Below, piece after piece: positions 19,542 through 29,387 of a stretch of 64,000 bases of DNA. Source of the stretch: Gemmatimonadota bacterium (GTDB taxonomy: Bacteria; Gemmatimonadota; Gemmatimonadetes; Longimicrobiales; RSA9). Every line of letters begins with the position of its first letter. Within the stretch, counting starts at the first letter, position 1. A model generated the notes under the pieces. It did no database searches and was not told where the DNA came from. It worked only from the letters and a program-made list of their open reading frames with translations. The translations under genes and the position numbers were made by a program. Location: NCBI GenBank assembly GCA_040882575.1, contig JBBEBA010000054.1, positions 27,086 through 91,085 on the forward strand, given 5' to 3'.

Positions 19542-20482
19542 CGTCCGGTCTCACGGTTCGCGTCGGCATCAATGGACGATTCAGCACGGTCGAGCACCTC
19601 ATCCTCGCCGAGCGCATGTGCCAGTTGCTCCTCCGGGTCCTCGCCCTCGAGCTCGCCGAGCGCCCTGGCCAGCTCGTCGTCCGTCGGCGCGACGCCGTGG
19701 TACGCATTCTCGCCTTCCATGAAGCTTACACCCTTGCCCTTGATCGTGTGTGCAATGAGACATGCGGGCTCGCCTGCACCCGCTGCCCAGGTCAGGCCGT
19801 CCACGACCTGCCTCATGTCGTGCCCGTCGATCTCGCGCGTCTGCCATCCCATCGCCTGCCACTTGGCGGCGAAGGGCTCGAGGCCGATGATGTCTGCCGT
19901 TGCGCCGTCGAGCTGGAACTTGTTGCAGTCGATGATCGCGATCAGGTTGTCCGGGCGGTGGTGTCCCGCGGCCATCGCGGCCTCCCATACCTGACCTTCC
20001 TGACATTCGCCATCACCGAGCAGAACAAAGACGCGGTACTCCTGCTGCGTGAGCCGCGCGGCCAGCGCCATGCCGAGACCGATCGAGAGACCCTGACCGA
20101 GCGAGCCGGTCGAAGCCTCGATCCCGGGCGCCGTGCCTAGCACCGGGTGACCCTGCAGGCGGCTGTCGATCCGGCGCAGCGAGCGCAACTCGTTCACAGG
20201 CATGTAACCTGATTCCGCGAGCGCGGCGTACTGTACGGGCACGCCGTGGCCCTTCGACAGCACGAAGCGATCGCGCTCCGGCCAGTCGGGCCGGGCAGGA
20301 TCATGCCGCAGCAGACCGGCAAAATAGAGGGCCGTCACGATCTCGACGGCCGACAATGAACCACCCGGATGACCGCTGGCGGATTCGTGCAGCATTTCGA
20401 CTATGTGTCGGCGGATCAACCGGGCTCGGTCGCGCAGCGCGTCGAAATCCGGAACTGTGGCAGGAGCACCAGATCGGGCCAT
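19538..20482 (-). CDS. transketolase, N-terminal (TPP-binding) subunit
   Basis: SGHPGGSLS, RDRFVLSKGH, TGSLGQGL and GDGECQEG...N motifs; acidic C-terminal tail. Confidence 0.92.
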   Translation of the reverse strand: MARSGAPATVPDFDALRDRARLIRRHIVEMLHESASGHPGGSLSAVEIVTALYFAGLLRHDPARPDWPERDRFVLSKGHGVPVQYAALAESGYMPVNELRSLRRIDSRLQGHPVLGTAPGIEASTGSLGQGLSIGLGMALAARLTQQEYRVFVLLGDGECQEGQVWEAAMAAGHHRPDNLIAIIDCNKFQLDGATADIIGLEPFAAKWQAMGWQTREIDGHDMRQVVDGLTWAAGAGEPACLIAHTIKGKGVSFMEGENAYHGVAPTDDELARALGELEGEDPEEQLAHALGEDEVLDRAESSIDADANRETGR

Positions 20483-20612
20483 TGTCTTCAGGGCTGAAGT
20501 AGTCTTGAACAGCGCCGGAATGTAGTGCGGCAGGTGCGCGGGCGCAAAAGGCGATATTGGGTGATGCGGCGCCCGGCGCCGCGACTGAAGTGCGGCGCCG
20601 GGCGCGCGGCGG

Positions 20613-21266
20613 TCAAGGCTGTTCGAGGGCCGGCGTTGCTGCGGTCTGCGGCGTCCGTTTCGGCGCCGCGCTGCGCTTGCCATCGGGCAGCTCGTCATCG
20701 GCAATTCGCGCGAGCGCCAGGTAGTAGGTGACTTCGGCTACGCTCTCACGCACTTCCAGCGCGTCCAGGTATATCTCCACGGACTCCGCGGCCGGCTGCT
20801 CTTTCTCGAGCAGCTCGACGAAGTTCATGGCATTGTCCACATGCGTGTTCAGGATGGCGACTTCCGTGCGCGCGGCCGACAGCTCGACCCAGCGCCGCAG
20901 ATCATCCTTCACCCGGCCGCGCAGCCGCTGCCGCATGTTGCGCAGGAACGAGCGCGATGTCTCGTCCTCCTCCGGCTCAGGTGCGGGCTCCGGCTCGATC
21001 CATTCCCTGGATTCGAGACCCTTCTCACCGAGAATTGCGAGCGCGCGCGTCGTGATGACCCGCGCCTCATCGTCGGAGAGGCGGAGCATCCGCGTGTAGA
21101 TCAGCAGCGCGTTCTCGAACGGGATCTGCTCGCCCACGAGCTGGATCAGACGCAGCGTGTGATCCACGTGCGTGCTCAGCAGTCGTTCCTGCGCCACGGC
21201 GATGGCCAGCTCCACACGCCGGCGCAGCGCGTCCGACAGGTCCTTCGAAGAAAACGGGTTTTTCAC
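20613..21266 (-). CDS. hypothetical protein with an internal two-fold duplication
   Basis: GGAG RBS before GTG at 21266; ordered, non-shadow composition; duplicated LRRxVEL...THVD...IY...ALA unit. Confidence 0.75.
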   Translation of the reverse strand: MKNPFSSKDLSDALRRRVELAIAVAQERLLSTHVDHTLRLIQLVGEQIPFENALLIYTRMLRLSDDEARVITTRALAILGEKGLESREWIEPEPAPEPEEDETSRSFLRNMRQRLRGRVKDDLRRWVELSAARTEVAILNTHVDNAMNFVELLEKEQPAAESVEIYLDALEVRESVAEVTYYLALARIADDELPDGKRSAAPKRTPQTAATPALEQP

Positions 21267-21336
21267 GTGTCGCTCCAACTGAGCCGCGGGAAATATCGGT
21301 TCCGTTGGTGGCGCGCTGGTGCAACTTCCGTTCCGA

Positions 21337-22731
21337 TCAGGTGAGCAGTGACCTCGCGTCCTCGAGCTGTTGCAGCACTGCGCTTCTCGCCGTGCCGCCG
21401 CTGACGGCGCGGGCATCCACTGAAGCTTCGACAGACATGGCGGGCAGAGCAGGCTCGAGGAACGCGGGGTGAATATCGGCCCAGGTCTGCGGCGCCAGGC
21501 GCGACACGGCTATTCCCTGCTCATCCGACGCGCGGAGCAGTCGGCCGACTGCCCTGTGCGCCTCGCGGAACGGTACGCCGCGCCGCACCAGCTCATCGGC
21601 CAGGTCCGTAGCCAGCAGCGACTCGTCCTCGAGCGCCTCGGCCAGCCGGTCCTCCCTGAACCGGATGCCCGCAATGGTCTCCCGCGTCGCCGGCAGAAGG
21701 CGCTGAAGGGAGTCGAAAGCGCCGAACAGCAGCCGCTTGTCCTCCTGGAAGTCCTTGTTGTAACCCGTTGGCGTTCCTTTCAGCATTGCGAGGGCCGCCG
21801 TGACGTCGCCGATCGAGCGGGCCGCCATGCCACGCGCGAGCTCCAGCCCGTCCGGGTTGCGCTTCTGCGGCATGAGGCTGGATCCCGTCGTGTACGCCTC
21901 AGGCAGCTCGATGTAGCGGAACTCGTCGCACGAGAAGATGATGAGGTCCTCGGCCAGCCGCGACAGGTGCGTGCCGATCATGGACGCGACGAACAGTACT
22001 TCGCAGATCCAGTCGCGGTCGCCGACGGCGTCCATCGAGTTGCGCGAGATACCGCGGAATCCGAGCAGCTGTGCGAGCAGTTCGCGATCCACGGCGAAAC
22101 CCGAGCCGCTGATCGCGCCGGACCCGAGCGGCAACACGGCGATGCGGTCGAGCGCAGACGCGAGACGCTCGCGGTCACGCTGCAGCGCCCAGAAATGCGC
22201 GAGCAGCCAGTGTGCGGCGCGCACCGGCTGCGCACGCCGCAGGTGCGTGTACGCAGGCATGAGCACGTCCACCGTATCCGTCGCCTGCTCCAGCAATGCA
22301 GCCTGCAGTGCACGCAGCTCGCCGTCGAGCCTGGCACAGGCGCGCATCGCCCAGAGTCTGACGTCCGTCGCGACCTGGTCGTTGCGGGAGCGGCCGGTGT
22401 GGAGCTTGCCCGCGACGTCGCCGCTCTCTTCGTAGAGCATGCGCTCGACGAGCGAGTGGATGTCCTCGTCGGGCGCATCCTCGGGGAACGCGATCTCCAG
22501 CGTCCGCGCAACGGCGACGAGGCCGACGTCGAGCGCGCGCGCTTCGTCGTCGCGCAGCACACCGGCACCAAGCAGAGCCTGCACCCATGCGCGGCTGCCT
22601 TCAATGTCCTCCGCCCACAGCCTTCGATCGACGTCCAGCGACAGATTCAGCTCCTCGAGGGATGGCGCGGGCCCGCCCGCGAAGCGGCCGCCCCAGAGGC
22701 GCCGCCCCGCGGTCGTGTTCGTGTCGGCCAT
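21337..22731 (-). CDS. argH: argininosuccinate lyase
   Basis: LWGGRF, LHTGRSRNDQ and GSSLMPQKRNPD motifs. Confidence 0.95.
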   Translation of the reverse strand: MADTNTTAGRRLWGGRFAGGPAPSLEELNLSLDVDRRLWAEDIEGSRAWVQALLGAGVLRDDEARALDVGLVAVARTLEIAFPEDAPDEDIHSLVERMLYEESGDVAGKLHTGRSRNDQVATDVRLWAMRACARLDGELRALQAALLEQATDTVDVLMPAYTHLRRAQPVRAAHWLLAHFWALQRDRERLASALDRIAVLPLGSGAISGSGFAVDRELLAQLLGFRGISRNSMDAVGDRDWICEVLFVASMIGTHLSRLAEDLIIFSCDEFRYIELPEAYTTGSSLMPQKRNPDGLELARGMAARSIGDVTAALAMLKGTPTGYNKDFQEDKRLLFGAFDSLQRLLPATRETIAGIRFREDRLAEALEDESLLATDLADELVRRGVPFREAHRAVGRLLRASDEQGIAVSRLAPQTWADIHPAFLEPALPAMSVEASVDARAVSGGTARSAVLQQLEDARSLLT

Positions 22732-24023
22732 CAGGCGTTGACTTCGCTGCCGTGACGTGCTCCCGGCGCGGGCGTGTTGCTGCCTGTAGACGCGGGTTTC
22801 GCGGCGGCCTCCTCCGCCGCTTCCCAGGCCGCAGCCTGAATGGCCTCGGCGCGCGTCGGCAGCGACAGCAGGCGGATGAAACCGGCTGCGTCCGCGTGGT
22901 CGTAGTGGCCGTCGTCGCCGAACGAGGCAAGGCCGGCATCGTAGAGCGGGTAGGGCGTGGTCCGGCCGGCGATGATCGCGTTGCCCTTGTACAGCTTGAG
23001 CCGGACCGTGCCGGTAACGCGCTGCTGCGTCCGATCGACGAGCGCGTCGAGCGCCTCGCGCTCCGTGCTCCACCAGCGTCCTTCATACACGATGTCGGCG
23101 TAGCGCTGCGACACCTGGTCCTTCAGCGCGAGCGTGCGCCGGTCGAGCACGATCTGCTCGAGCTCGCGATGCGCGGTGTAGAGCAGCGTGCCACCCGGCG
23201 TCTCGTACACGCCGCGCGACTTCATGCCGACCATGCGGTCCTCGACAATGTCGGCGCGACCGACGCCGTGACGTCCCGCCATCTCGTTCAGCACCTCGAC
23301 CAGCTTCACGGGCGCGAGCGCATCGCCGTCCACCGTGACGGGATAGCCGGCCTCGAAGCCGATCTCCACGTACTGTGCGTGGTCGGGCGCGGATTCCGGC
23401 GACTGCGTCAGCATGAACAGGTCATCCGGCGCTTCGATAGCCGGATCCTCGAGGGGGCCGCCCTCATGCGAGACGTGCCACAGGTTGCGGTCGCGCGAAT
23501 AGATCTTCTCCTTCGTGACCGGCACGTCGATGCCACGCTCGGCAGCGTAGTTGATCGCGTCCTCGCGCGACCGGATGTCCCAGAGCCGCCACGGGGCGAT
23601 CACCTTCATCTCGGGTGCAAAGGCCGCGTACGTCAGCTCGAAACGGACCTGGTCGTTGCCCTTGCCCGTGCAACCGTGCGCCAGCGCCGACGCGCCGACC
23701 CGCACCGCGAGCTGTGCCTGGCTGCGCGCGATGATCGGGCGTGCCATCGATGTGCCGAGCAGGTACTTCCGGGCATAGATGGCGCCCGCGCGCAGCGTCG
23801 GGAACACGGACTCCCGCACGAACGCGTCGCGCAGATCCTCGACGACCAGCGCGCTCGCTCCCTGCTGCCGCGCACGGTGCTCCAGGCCGGTCAGCTCCTC
23901 GCCCTGACCGACATCGGCCGCGACGCATATGACTTCCGCGTCCTCGTAGTTCTCGCGCAACCATGGCACGATGATCGACGTGTCGAGTCCGCCCGAGTAT
24001 GCCAGAACGATGGTGTATGCCAT
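22731..24023 (-). CDS. argG: argininosuccinate synthase
   Basis: LAYSGGLDTS, HGCTGKGNDQVRF and KSRGVYETPG motifs. Confidence 0.96.
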   Translation of the reverse strand: MAYTIVLAYSGGLDTSIIVPWLRENYEDAEVICVAADVGQGEELTGLEHRARQQGASALVVEDLRDAFVRESVFPTLRAGAIYARKYLLGTSMARPIIARSQAQLAVRVGASALAHGCTGKGNDQVRFELTYAAFAPEMKVIAPWRLWDIRSREDAINYAAERGIDVPVTKEKIYSRDRNLWHVSHEGGPLEDPAIEAPDDLFMLTQSPESAPDHAQYVEIGFEAGYPVTVDGDALAPVKLVEVLNEMAGRHGVGRADIVEDRMVGMKSRGVYETPGGTLLYTAHRELEQIVLDRRTLALKDQVSQRYADIVYEGRWWSTEREALDALVDRTQQRVTGTVRLKLYKGNAIIAGRTTPYPLYDAGLASFGDDGHYDHADAAGFIRLLSLPTRAEAIQAAAWEAAEEAAAKPASTGSNTPAPGARHGSEVNA

Positions 24024-24050
24024 GTCGAGTTCCTCTTCCTGTGGAGCAGC

Positions 24051-24601
24051 TCAGTTGTTCAGTGTGCGTGCGACTGCGATTTCGGCGCATGCCGCCCGCC
24101 GTGCACAGGTACTGCAATCCGCCGCCACCTTCTCCGGAAACTCGGAGATGAGCGTCGTCTCGAACCCGATGCGGTGGAAGAATGCGTCCTGCAGCGTCAG
24201 CGCGAAAACGCGCTGCAGGCCGAGTGCGTGCGCATCGTGCACTAGCGTCTCGACCAGACGCCGGCCGAGGCCCGCGCCCTGGTGTCCTGCCGCAACCGCG
24301 AGCGCGCCGATCTCGGCGAGCTCCGCCGAATAGATGCGCAGCGCGGCACACCCGATGATGCGACCGTGATCGATCACGACGATGAAGTCGCGGATCGAGC
24401 GGTACACCTGCCGGAGCGTGCGCGGCAGCAGCATGCCCGGCGCAACGTAGTTCTCCAGCAGCGCGTGCAGCTCGCGCGCATCCGCCGGCTCCGCGCGCCG
24501 CACGAACAGGCCGTCGTCGCGGACCACCGCGACGCGGCGCGACTCGCGGGCCTGCTCCAGGCCGCTGCGCACGATCTGATCGAGCACGGGTAGTGCCATG
24601 C

Positions 24602-24605
<4 letters not shown>
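24051..24605 (-). CDS. GNAT N-acetyltransferase, probable short N-acetylglutamate synthase
   Basis: LLPR, LAEIGALAV...GAGLGRRLV and C-terminal EKVAADCSTC...C; inside the arg operon with ATGA overlap to argD. Confidence 0.8.
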
Positions 24606-25776
<1,171 letters not shown>

Positions 25777-25777
<1 letters not shown>

Positions 25778-26538
25778 CAGGCAGCTCCGAGTGACACGCC
25801 GCGGAGCGTCGTTCCCGCTGCCGCGTCGTAGAGGATCTCTGCACCGCCGATCCGGACCGCGGGCACTCCGCGGTCCAGCGCCCGTACCGCGGCGCCCAGC
25901 TTCACACCCATACCGCCGTGCGCCACGCCGCGCCCGATCAGGTCCGTCGCCTCGCCCGCATCCAGCCAGGGACGCACGCCGGCGCCATCGTGCACGCCCG
26001 CCACATCCGTCAGGAACAGCAGCTCCGTCGCGCCGAGGGATGACGCGATCGCCGCAGCCGCGTCGTCCGCATTCACGTTCAGCCACCCGTCATCATCGCC
26101 GAGTGAGATCGGCGAGATGACGACCGTGTGTCCGAGCCGCACCAGGGACCGCACCAGCTCGGCACGCACCGCCGTCACCCGGCCGACGCGGCCGAGAGCG
26201 CCGCCTTCCACGACCTGCGCCCGGATCAGCCCGCCGTCCACGCCCGACAGCCCGATCGCATCCATTCCGCACCCGATCAGCGCACTCACCACCTTCTTGT
26301 TCACCCGGCCGGTCAGCACCATCGCCGCGACGTCGAGCGCTTCCGGCGGCGTGACCCGACGCCCTTCGTGCCACACCACCTCCACACCCAGACGCGCGGA
26401 GAGGCTCGAAATCTCGGGACCGCCGCCGTGAACCACCACCAGCGGCGAATCCGCGGCAGCCGCGGCCCGCGCGAACGAGTCCAGCCAGCCGGCATCTGCG
26501 AGTGCAGCACCGCCGATCTTCACCACGCGGACGTTCAT
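25777..26538 (-). CDS. argB: acetylglutamate kinase
   Basis: VKIGGA, VHGGGP, NVNAD, LTDVAGV and GGMGVK motifs. Confidence 0.93.
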
Positions 26539-27515
26539 CGCGTCAATCCCTCACCTTCGCAGAGACCGAGCATCAGGTTCGCATTCTGCACTGCCTGGCC
26601 CGCCGCGCCCTTCACCAGGTTGTCGAACGACGCGACCACCATGAACAGCGGCGCGCTCACGCCATCGACCGCCGCCACCCCCAGCGCCACGCTGTTGCGC
26701 TGCACGGTCGCGCGCAGCGACGGCAGACCCTCCCGCCACACCTGGACGAACGGCTCCGAGCCGTAGGCCGCCACCCACGCGGCCACGACGTCAGCGGGCT
26801 CAGCCTCTGCCGCGGCCGGCACGTACATCGTCTCCAGGATGCCGCGCCGGACCGGCAGCAGGTGCGGCGTGAACACGAACTCGACTTCACGGCCCCCGCC
26901 ATTGCCCGACGCCGCGGCGAGCCCCCGCGCGATCTCGGGCACGTGGCGGTGCGTGTTGCCCACGGCGTACGCCCGGTAGTCTTCCGCCACCTCGCCGTAA
27001 AGCAGATCCACCTTCGCCGTGCGGCCCGCTCCCGTCACGCCGGATGCCGCATCGATCACGATCGGCCGCGATCCGTCAACGAGTCCAGCCTTCAGCAGCG
27101 GCGCCAGCCCCAGCACGATGCCTGTCGGGTAGCAGCCGGGATTCGCCACCAGGTCCGCCCCTCTGACCTGCTCCCGCCACAGCTCCGGAAGGCCGTAGAC
27201 GGCGCCGTGTCGGCCATCCCTCAGGTCCGCGGACAGATCGATCACCTTCGCGCCAGCGGCGCGCGCGCGGAGAGCCCAACCCTCCGCTTCCCCCTGCGGC
27301 AGGCACGTGAACACGACATCGACGTCCCCCAGCGGCACGGCCCCCGCGCGCACGTACCGCAGCCGCCCTCCCGGCGCACCCAGCCCTGCCGACGACTCGG
27401 ACGTGACGTACTCCGCGCGAATCCCGCTGTGCCGCTCCAGCAGGCCGACCAGCTCCTGCCCCGTGTAGCCAGTCGCACCGAATACGGCGGCGCGGGCCGA
27501 GTTCTTATTCATCAT
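26535..27515 (-). CDS. argC: N-acetyl-gamma-glutamyl-phosphate reductase
   Basis: GATGYTG, ANPGCYPT, SGVTGAGR and DNLVKGAAGQAVQN motifs; start (27515 or 27512) chosen to lie downstream of the promoter. Confidence 0.93.
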   Translation of the reverse strand: MMNKNSARAAVFGATGYTGQELVGLLERHSGIRAEYVTSESSAGLGAPGGRLRYVRAGAVPLGDVDVVFTCLPQGEAEGWALRARAAGAKVIDLSADLRDGRHGAVYGLPELWREQVRGADLVANPGCYPTGIVLGLAPLLKAGLVDGSRPIVIDAASGVTGAGRTAKVDLLYGEVAEDYRAYAVGNTHRHVPEIARGLAAASGNGGGREVEFVFTPHLLPVRRGILETMYVPAAAEAEPADVVAAWVAAYGSEPFVQVWREGLPSLRATVQRNSVALGVAAVDGVSAPLFMVVASFDNLVKGAAGQAVQNANLMLGLCEGEGLTR

Positions 27516-27517
27516 TG

Positions 27518-27535
27518 TCTGCATAACTATACATT
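27518..27535 (-). promoter_or_regulatory. ARG box (ArgR operator)
   Basis: AATGTATAGTTATGCAGA closely fits the nnTGnAT-N4-ATnCAnn ARG-box pattern; lies upstream of argC and overlaps the -10. Confidence 0.8.
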
Positions 27536-27554
27536 GCCTGGGGGGCGGGATCAA
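27526..27554 (-). promoter_or_regulatory. sigma70-type promoter of the argC operon
   Basis: TTGATC-N17-TATAGT. Confidence 0.7.
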
Positions 27555-27573
27555 GGGAGGCGGGATCAACAGG

Positions 27574-27664
27574 GGAAACGTGAAGCGTGAAACGTCGATC
27601 GTGAAACGGCGGGGCTCACGTTTCACGATTCACGTTTCACGATTCACGTTTTTCACGTTTCACG
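27574..27664. repeat. heptamer tandem arrays in inverted orientation (TGAAACG n / TTTCACG n)
   Basis: About 5 units at 27574-27608 facing about 7 TTTCACG/ATTCACG units at 27616-27664. Confidence 0.85.
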
Positions 27665-28124
27665 TCGTTGCATCGTTCTCAGCGCGTTCGTCGAGCCGTC
27701 GCAGGACGGTATTGAGGTGTCGAGGATCGCGGAGGATAAGGAGGATGGTGTCATCGCCGGCGAGGGTCCCGAGTACCTCGGGCCATTCCTCCCAGTCGAT
27801 TGCTTCGGCGACGGCCTGGGCCCCACCGAGCATGGTCTTGACGACGAGCAGGTTGCCGGTGCCTTCGGCGCCCAGGTAGAGAGCGGGCAGGAGGCGGGTC
27901 AGGGCGGGGGCGTTGTCCCATGCTTCGGGCGGCAGGGTGTAGTAGGTGCCGCCGTCGGGGTCATGGACCTTGATGAGGCGGAGCTCGCGGATGTCGCGGG
28001 AGAGGGTGGCCTGCGTGACGTCGAAGTCGTGATCCTCCAGCAGCTCGCGAAGCTGTTCCTGGCTGCTGACGCGGTTGCTGCGGATCAGCTCGCGGATGGC
28101 GGTATGGCGCGCGGGTTTCGACAT
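27660..28124 (-). CDS. argR: arginine repressor
   Basis: SQEQL, VTQATLSRDIREL and GTLAGDDTIL motifs. Confidence 0.95.
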   Translation of the reverse strand: MSKPARHTAIRELIRSNRVSSQEQLRELLEDHDFDVTQATLSRDIRELRLIKVHDPDGGTYYTLPPEAWDNAPALTRLLPALYLGAEGTGNLLVVKTMLGGAQAVAEAIDWEEWPEVLGTLAGDDTILLILRDPRHLNTVLRRLDERAENDATT

Positions 28125-28197
28125 GGAGCTGAGGATGCGGTGCCCGACTCTGGCGAGTCAAGCGTGCGGTGGTCCGGAACCTGCCGACGGCGGCGTC

Positions 28198-28888
28198 ATG
28201 ACATCGAGCCTGACGCAGCCAGTTCTGGTTCATTTCTACCGTGCCGTCGTCGCGCCCATGGATGTGTGGCGGCAGCGAATGGACGCGACGACGAACTGGG
28301 CGGCGGCGACCGGGGCGGGGATGATCACGTTCACGTTCAGTACGCCGGCGGCGCCGCATTACGTGCTGCTGCTGGCGCTGTTCTTCCAGCTGGTATTCCT
28401 GCTGATGGAGTAGCGGCGGTACCAGACGTTTGACCTGTGGCGTCGACGTTTCCCTGTGCTGAACCGGGCGATGATCGTGCCGGCGCTTGACGGCACGCTG
28501 GACGAAACGATCAGCCGCGCCGAGCTGACGACGCTGGCGCGTGACACGGGGGCCGCACGGTGCCGCACCTGTCGCAGCTGCATGCAGCTGCATGCAACGG
28601 GTGTTCGCGTGCGTCGCAACCACGGCTACCTGTTCGCCGTTACTCTGGTGGCCTGGCTGCTGAAGCTGGAGCTCGAGCCGCACGCGACCAATGCGGTGGA
28701 GGTGCTGTTCGAGCGGGCTGCGGTCGCGATCGTGCCGGGCCCGGTCGTCGTGGGGTTCGTCGCGAGGTCTGCGCCGTTGCGCTGCTGAGTCTGGCGGTCA
28801 CCGCGCCGACGGCGACATGGTGGACTGGAAGGACACGCCGCAGACATGGGAGCGGTGGCTCGGCCGGGGTCGCCCGGAGGCGGACTGA
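28198..28888 (+). pseudogene. DUF2270-like membrane protein pseudogene
   Basis: VHFYRA..MDVWRQRMDATTNWA...FLLME*RRYQTFDLWRRR...RVRRNHGYLF...AWLLKL; in-frame TAG at 28411-28413; apparent frameshifts near 28770-28810. Confidence 0.7.
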
Positions 28889-29387
28889 CTGCCACGACCT
28901 CGTACCAGTGTTCCGATTCAGAAATCCTGTTGCATTCGGTCGCACCTGTGGACCGATCTGAATCGGAACAACGGCTCTTCCGGGTTTGGCATGGCTGGAT
29001 GCTTCGAGGCAGCGAGGGCAGCGACGGCTGCCACCGCATTCCGCATCCTGTCACGGCGCATTATCGGCAGACCTCGGGCGACCCCGGACAGGAAAGCTCC
29101 CGGCGGCGACGACCCGCCCACTTTGCGAAACCGCGACCGCGACGGGAAAGTGACCCCAGCCTCACAAATCCGCAGCGCGGGGGACGTTTGCATGCGCTCA
29201 GAGGCGTCAAGCGTTGCCCACGCGACGCGCGGCAATCGACTGGGTGCATTCCGCCGTCGCTCTACGACGTCAGGCGTGGCCCAGACCCACAAAACGCCCG
29301 CGTGGGTGTCACTTGCCGTCGTCGCCTGGCGGGAAGGTGGCTTCCTGACCGTGATTACCCACCCGGTACCCTGAAGAACTCGGAACA

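Noticed and set aside
27574-27664. Possible CRISPR array or iterons (also considered for 8836-8918, 49692-49760 and 58001-58217)
   Set aside because: Units are 6-9 nt without unique spacers, and there is no cas or rep gene in the window.
28132-28161. argR promoter TTGACT-N18-CATCCT
   Set aside because: The -10 match is too weak to call without TSS data.
28411-28413. Pyrrolysine or TAG recoding in the DUF2270-like gene
   Set aside because: TAG is a normal stop for recN and the TBDR, there are no pyl genes in the window, and the gene has additional frameshifts.
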